Shown here one piece after another: positions 63,572 through 64,000 of a stretch of DNA of 64,000 bases. Below the pieces are notes generated by a model that made no database searches, was not told where the DNA came from, and saw nothing but the letters and a program-made list of their open reading frames with translations. The position numbers were made by a program, and so were the translations under genes. This DNA comes from an uncultured Candidatus Saccharibacteria bacterium (GTDB taxonomy: Bacteria > Patescibacteriota > Saccharimonadia > Saccharimonadales > JAGQNJ01): assembly GCA_964493895.1 (NCBI GenBank), contig CAZBPY010000003.1:102146-166145 (forward strand), in the 5' to 3' direction. Position 1 is the first letter of the stretch. Every line of letters begins with the position of its first letter.

Positions 63572-64000
63572 GCTAGCTGCAGTTGTCCATCTTTGATCTG
63601 GATCTCGTTCTTTATGCCTTTAGCTAACCACTGTTTGTCTTTTAGGTCACCGCCGTCTACAACGTATTCCGCATACTCTAATAAAGGCTTCTTGAGCCTA
63701 CCTTCAGATTTGTAGTGTTGGGCGATCACATAGTGCTTCTCAACTTTTGCTCGGAGGTCGTTAGAAAGCTTTATCTTCTCAAAGTTCTCGCCAATAAACT
63801 GCTTGAGCAGCTGTATGAGCGCCGTCTCATTCACATATTTCTCGGGACAGTGCAGGTTTATCTTTTTAGTACACCGGTAATACACATGTCGATTAAATTC
63901 GCCGCTTTTAAGTTTCTTAAACTTTTCCTCAGCTGTTACTTCGCCTCCACAGTGTCCACATTTTAACAGCCCACGAAATGCAAACTGTTTCGTGCCCCAT
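63568..64000 (-). CDS. Large serine recombinase, C-terminal part (N-terminus off window)
   Basis: The frame stays open upstream of the track's GTG to the window edge: FRGLLKCGHCGGEVTAEEKF...HVYYRCTKKINLHCPEKYV. This is the recombinase zinc-ribbon pattern followed by a coiled coil. Confidence 0.7.
   Translation of the reverse strand, partial: WGTKQFAFRGLLKCGHCGGEVTAEEKFKKLKSGEFNRHVYYRCTKKINLHCPEKYVNETALIQLLKQFIGENFEKIKLSNDLRAKVEKHYVIAQHYKSEGRLKKPLLEYAEYVVDGGDLKDKQWLAKGIKNEIQIKDGQLQLA

Noticed and set aside
1-64000. CRISPR arrays, rRNA genes, transposase/IS elements and alternative genetic code
   Set aside because: I found no spaced direct-repeat array and no rRNA-like sequence. The only recombinase is the partial serine recombinase at the right edge. 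Long uninterrupted ORFs with TGA stops under the standard code argue against UGA recoding.

Overview
The window looks like 64 kb of a small, gene-dense bacterial chromosome. Gene content suggests a Patescibacteria/CPR, Saccharibacteria-like organism, but that is inference only. Most genes are housekeeping genes on the minus strand: folD, folA, murB, glyA, murA, rny, tsaBE, recX-recA, ruvCAB, yebC, the hrcA-grpE-dnaK-dnaJ operon with two CIRCE operators, lepA, murJ, ftsH and tilS. There are two type IV pilus loci (pilB-pilC-pilin-pilMNO at 24.4-30.8 kb; three minor pilins at 38.0-40.5 kb) with comEC between them. I found nine tRNA genes, all encoding their 3' CCA, and no rRNA or CRISPR array. 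The most interesting regions are as follows. (1) The right end, 59.7-64 kb, lies next to tRNA-fMet and looks AT-richer by eye. It carries tRNA 3'-end-like fragments, a single-chain mitochondrial-type PheRS-like protein (class II core plus FDX-ACB), an APH-fold kinase, a 2H phosphoesterase, an S51 peptidase and a partial large serine recombinase. (2) A roughly 300-nt highly structured ncRNA of unassigned class sits next to tRNA-Lys. (3) A 119-bp GC-rich nested palindrome lies between recA and pilB. (4) A membrane-anchored two-ring Clp/Hsp100 ATPase is translationally coupled to a small membrane protein. (5) An operon encodes two ATP-grasp ligases, a retropepsin-like protease and a DUF192 protein. 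(6) A -10 hexamer recurs about 6 nt upstream of start codons, implying leaderless mRNAs. Three genes appear split by 1-nt shifts at A/T runs, which could be assembly error or decay. All function calls rest on motif recognition by eye. No searches were run.
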